Below are positions 60,971 through 64,000 of a stretch of 64,000 nucleotides of DNA, piece after piece (within the stretch, counting starts at the first letter, position 1; each line of letters opens with the position of its first letter). Both the position numbers and the translations under genes were made by a program. This DNA comes from the human T2T-CHM13v2.0 reference genome, Homo sapiens: positions 2,048,001-2,112,000 of the forward strand of contig CP086569.2 of the NCBI GenBank assembly GCA_009914755.4, read 5' to 3'. The notes under the pieces were generated by a model, which had not been told where the DNA came from, did no database searches, and saw only the letters and a list, made by a program, of their open reading frames with translations.

Positions 60971-61561
60971 CTAAACTGATACAATCCTAAAGGTGTCAGA
61001 ATGACCCAAGTCAATATGCAAATTTGATGTGATCCAATAAAGATAGTTCACAGAATTTCTTTTAGGCAAACTGGACGAATCGATTCGAAAATTGCTGTGG
61101 GGAAAAGAATTCCAAATGAGGCGGCAAAGAGGAAAATTCTGATATGTACAAAGATTGAGAACACAATGGCCCTGTAGGAGATTAAAACATTTGAGAAGCT
61201 TCTATAATTAAACGGGAGGTACTACAGGCATTAATGGAGGAAGGAACAGGGTACAATTTCCAAAAATAGGCCAACTGCATGTGGAAATTGAGTACACGAC
61301 AAAAGGGGCAAAAGATGGGCGTTTTAATAAACCGTGTTGGGGCACGTGAAGCCACATTAGGAAACAGATAAAATTAGTGCCAGACCTCATAGCATGCATG
61401 AGTGAACTCCAAGGCAAAAACAAAGTTAAACCATGAGAAGATTGCAAGAAAGCAGGAATCATTAGTTTAACCTCCACAGAAAGAAAATGCTTCCTAAACG
61501 AAAATTCAGAAAGATGGTTAGATAGATTTCACTATTTAAAAAACTACTTGTTTAAAAAACA

Positions 61562-61842
<281 letters not shown>

Positions 61843-62112
61843 ATCACATGGTAAAAAACAAAACAAATCTCCATAAGCAAAGTAAAAAATAAATAATGAG
61901 CTGGAAGAAAATTTGCAACTTCCATCAGAAATATTAACAGCTATTTTTCAGATATCTAAAAAGTTCAACTCCAGAAAAACCCCAAACATGCTACAAAGAA
62001 AAGGGCAAAAATAAGAGTTTATATACAGAACAGGCTCAAATGGCCCTCAACACATATGTTCTCCTTTATATCTAATAACAGACATCCTAATTCAGACCAT
62101 ATTGAAATACTA

Positions 62113-62793
<681 letters not shown>

Positions 62794-63106
62794 TCTATAA
62801 AGAGCTCTTCTAACCAAACCCCAGTCCCTCCACAAATGGGTAAAGGAAATGAATATGCAATTTGGAGATATGAAATAAAACATAAGCATATGAAACAAAG
62901 TTCAGTCTCGCTGACAATGAAATAATGAATAAAGCAATTGTGAGCTTTCATCAATCACATGGAATAGGTTAAAAAGTAGGGTTGTTATCCAGAATGCGTA
63001 TGCCTTGGAGAAGTTAGAAGTTTACATACTCAGTTCAAATGTACCCACCAAGACTGCATTTTCTTAGGAGATAAGTTGACAATGACTCCTGAAAGGTGAC
63101 AGGCAG

Positions 63107-63405
63107 CCAGGCCTGGTAGCTTATGCCTGTAATCCCAACACTTTGAGAGGCCAAGGTGGGAGGATCAGCGGAGGCTAGGAGCACGAGGCCCAGCCTGGGC
63201 AACATAGCAAGACCCTACCTCTACAAAAATAAAAATAAATTAGCCAGACGTGGTGATGCTCGCCTGTAGTCCCAGCTACCCTGGAGGCTGAAATGGGAGG
63301 ATCACTGGAGCCCAGGAGGTCGAGGCTGCGGCAAGCTATGATTGCACCACTGCACTCCAGCCTGGGTGACAGAGCAAGACGCTGTCTCTTTAAAATAAAG
63401 AAAAG
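63107..63405 (+). mobile_element. Alu SINE (older subfamily)
   Basis: CAGCCAGGCCTGGTAGCTTATGCCTGTAATCCCAACACTTTGAGAGGCCAAGGTGGGAGGATCAGCGGAGGCTAGGAGCACGAGGCCCAGCCTGGGCAACATAGCAAGACCCTACCTCTACAAAAATAAAAATAAATTAGCCAGACGTGGTGATGCTCGCC...CACTCCAGCCTGGGTGACAGAGCAAGACGCTGTCTCTTTAAAATAAAGAAAAG. Confidence 0.85.
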
Positions 63406-63733
63406 AAAATTTACATGCATTTTCTTTTTGGCTCAGCTATTCCACTTCCAAGAATTACTTGCACAGATACACTCCCACACATATGCTAAGATATACGAGA
63501 AAACCATTCATGGCTGCCTTGTTTAGAATCAAAAACCATTTAGTTTCATCGCCATTTTATAAAAGACTTTTTGCAGGTGTTACTTAAAAAGAAACATCTT
63601 ATTGTTCTTAGCAACAACTTGGATGGCTCTCCAGGGAATTCTATTGAGTGAAGGAAAAAAAGACACACGTGATTTGAAAGGGGTTACACTCTGTATGACT
63701 CCATTTATATGACATTCTTGACATGAGAAAAGG

Positions 63734-63880
63734 TACAGAAATAGAGAACAGACTAGTAATTCTCAGGGGTTCAGGACAGGAGAGGAGGTTGAGGTAGGAT
63801 GCAGGTTGGTACAGAAATAGAGAACAGACTAGTAATTCTCAGGGGTTCAGGACGGGAGAGGAGGTTGAGGTAGGATGCAG
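63734..63880. repeat. Tandem duplication, ~75-bp unit in 2 copies
   Basis: TACAGAAATAGAGAACAGACTAGTAATTCTCAGGGGTTCAGGAC(A/G)GGAGAGGAGGTTGAGGTAGGATGCAG appears twice, at 63734-63804 and 63810-63880, separated by GTTGG. Confidence 0.8.
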
Positions 63881-64000
63881 AGAGAGAAACAGGAGGGGTT
63901 GTTGGTGAAAGAAATGCTCTGTGTGTTGCGGACAATGCTGGCTTCACAAACCTGCACGCACTATGAAATTGCACAGAACTCGGTACAAAAACCCACACGG

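Overview
This window is primate (human-like) nuclear genomic DNA, not a prokaryotic or phage locus. I can support no CDS, tRNA, rRNA, CRISPR array or operon structure from the sequence. Well over half of the window is interspersed or tandem repeats. I identified about 50 Alu SINEs, most with an A-rich linker, a poly(A) tail and recognisable target-site duplications (TSDs). I also identified about 12 L1 LINE fragments, mostly 3' ends and several with TSDs. Other interspersed repeats are about 8 MaLR-type LTRs (THE1/MST/MLT1-like), one ancient LTR-like repeat I could not assign to a family, and one hAT-type non-autonomous DNA transposon remnant that looks like MER30. Tandem repeats are unusually dense. 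Nearly every ORF in the supplied track is a repeat artefact. Examples are antisense-Alu peptides of the '...SPRLECSG...' type, poly-His/Asp/Met ORFs from a 1.1 kb (CAT/CAC)n array, and Cys/Arg-rich or Thr/His-rich ORFs from a 37-bp minisatellite. Further examples are Ser/Phe/Leu/Pro-rich and Lys/Glu/Arg-rich ORFs from a 600-bp polypyrimidine tract. The most unusual content is the density of tandem arrays. The largest is a roughly 4.7 kb array of a 25-26 bp unit that is split by 1 kb of unique DNA and has an orphan fragment 2.4 kb downstream. There is also a 1.1 kb (CAT/CAC)n array, a 37-bp GC-rich minisatellite beside an 800-bp extremely AT-rich block, and a minisatellite at the window start (~22-24 bp unit) plus a further ~27-30 bp one. 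Also present are a 600-bp polypurine/polypyrimidine mirror tract, LTR-derived tandem arrays, and a CpG-retaining 517-bp insertion with TSDs inside an L1 that I could not classify. I see no evidence for an undescribed gene system. The leads are structural: VNTRs, non-B DNA and local duplications. Coordinates are by eye from the 60-nt line numbering, with an expected error of about ±5-10 bp.
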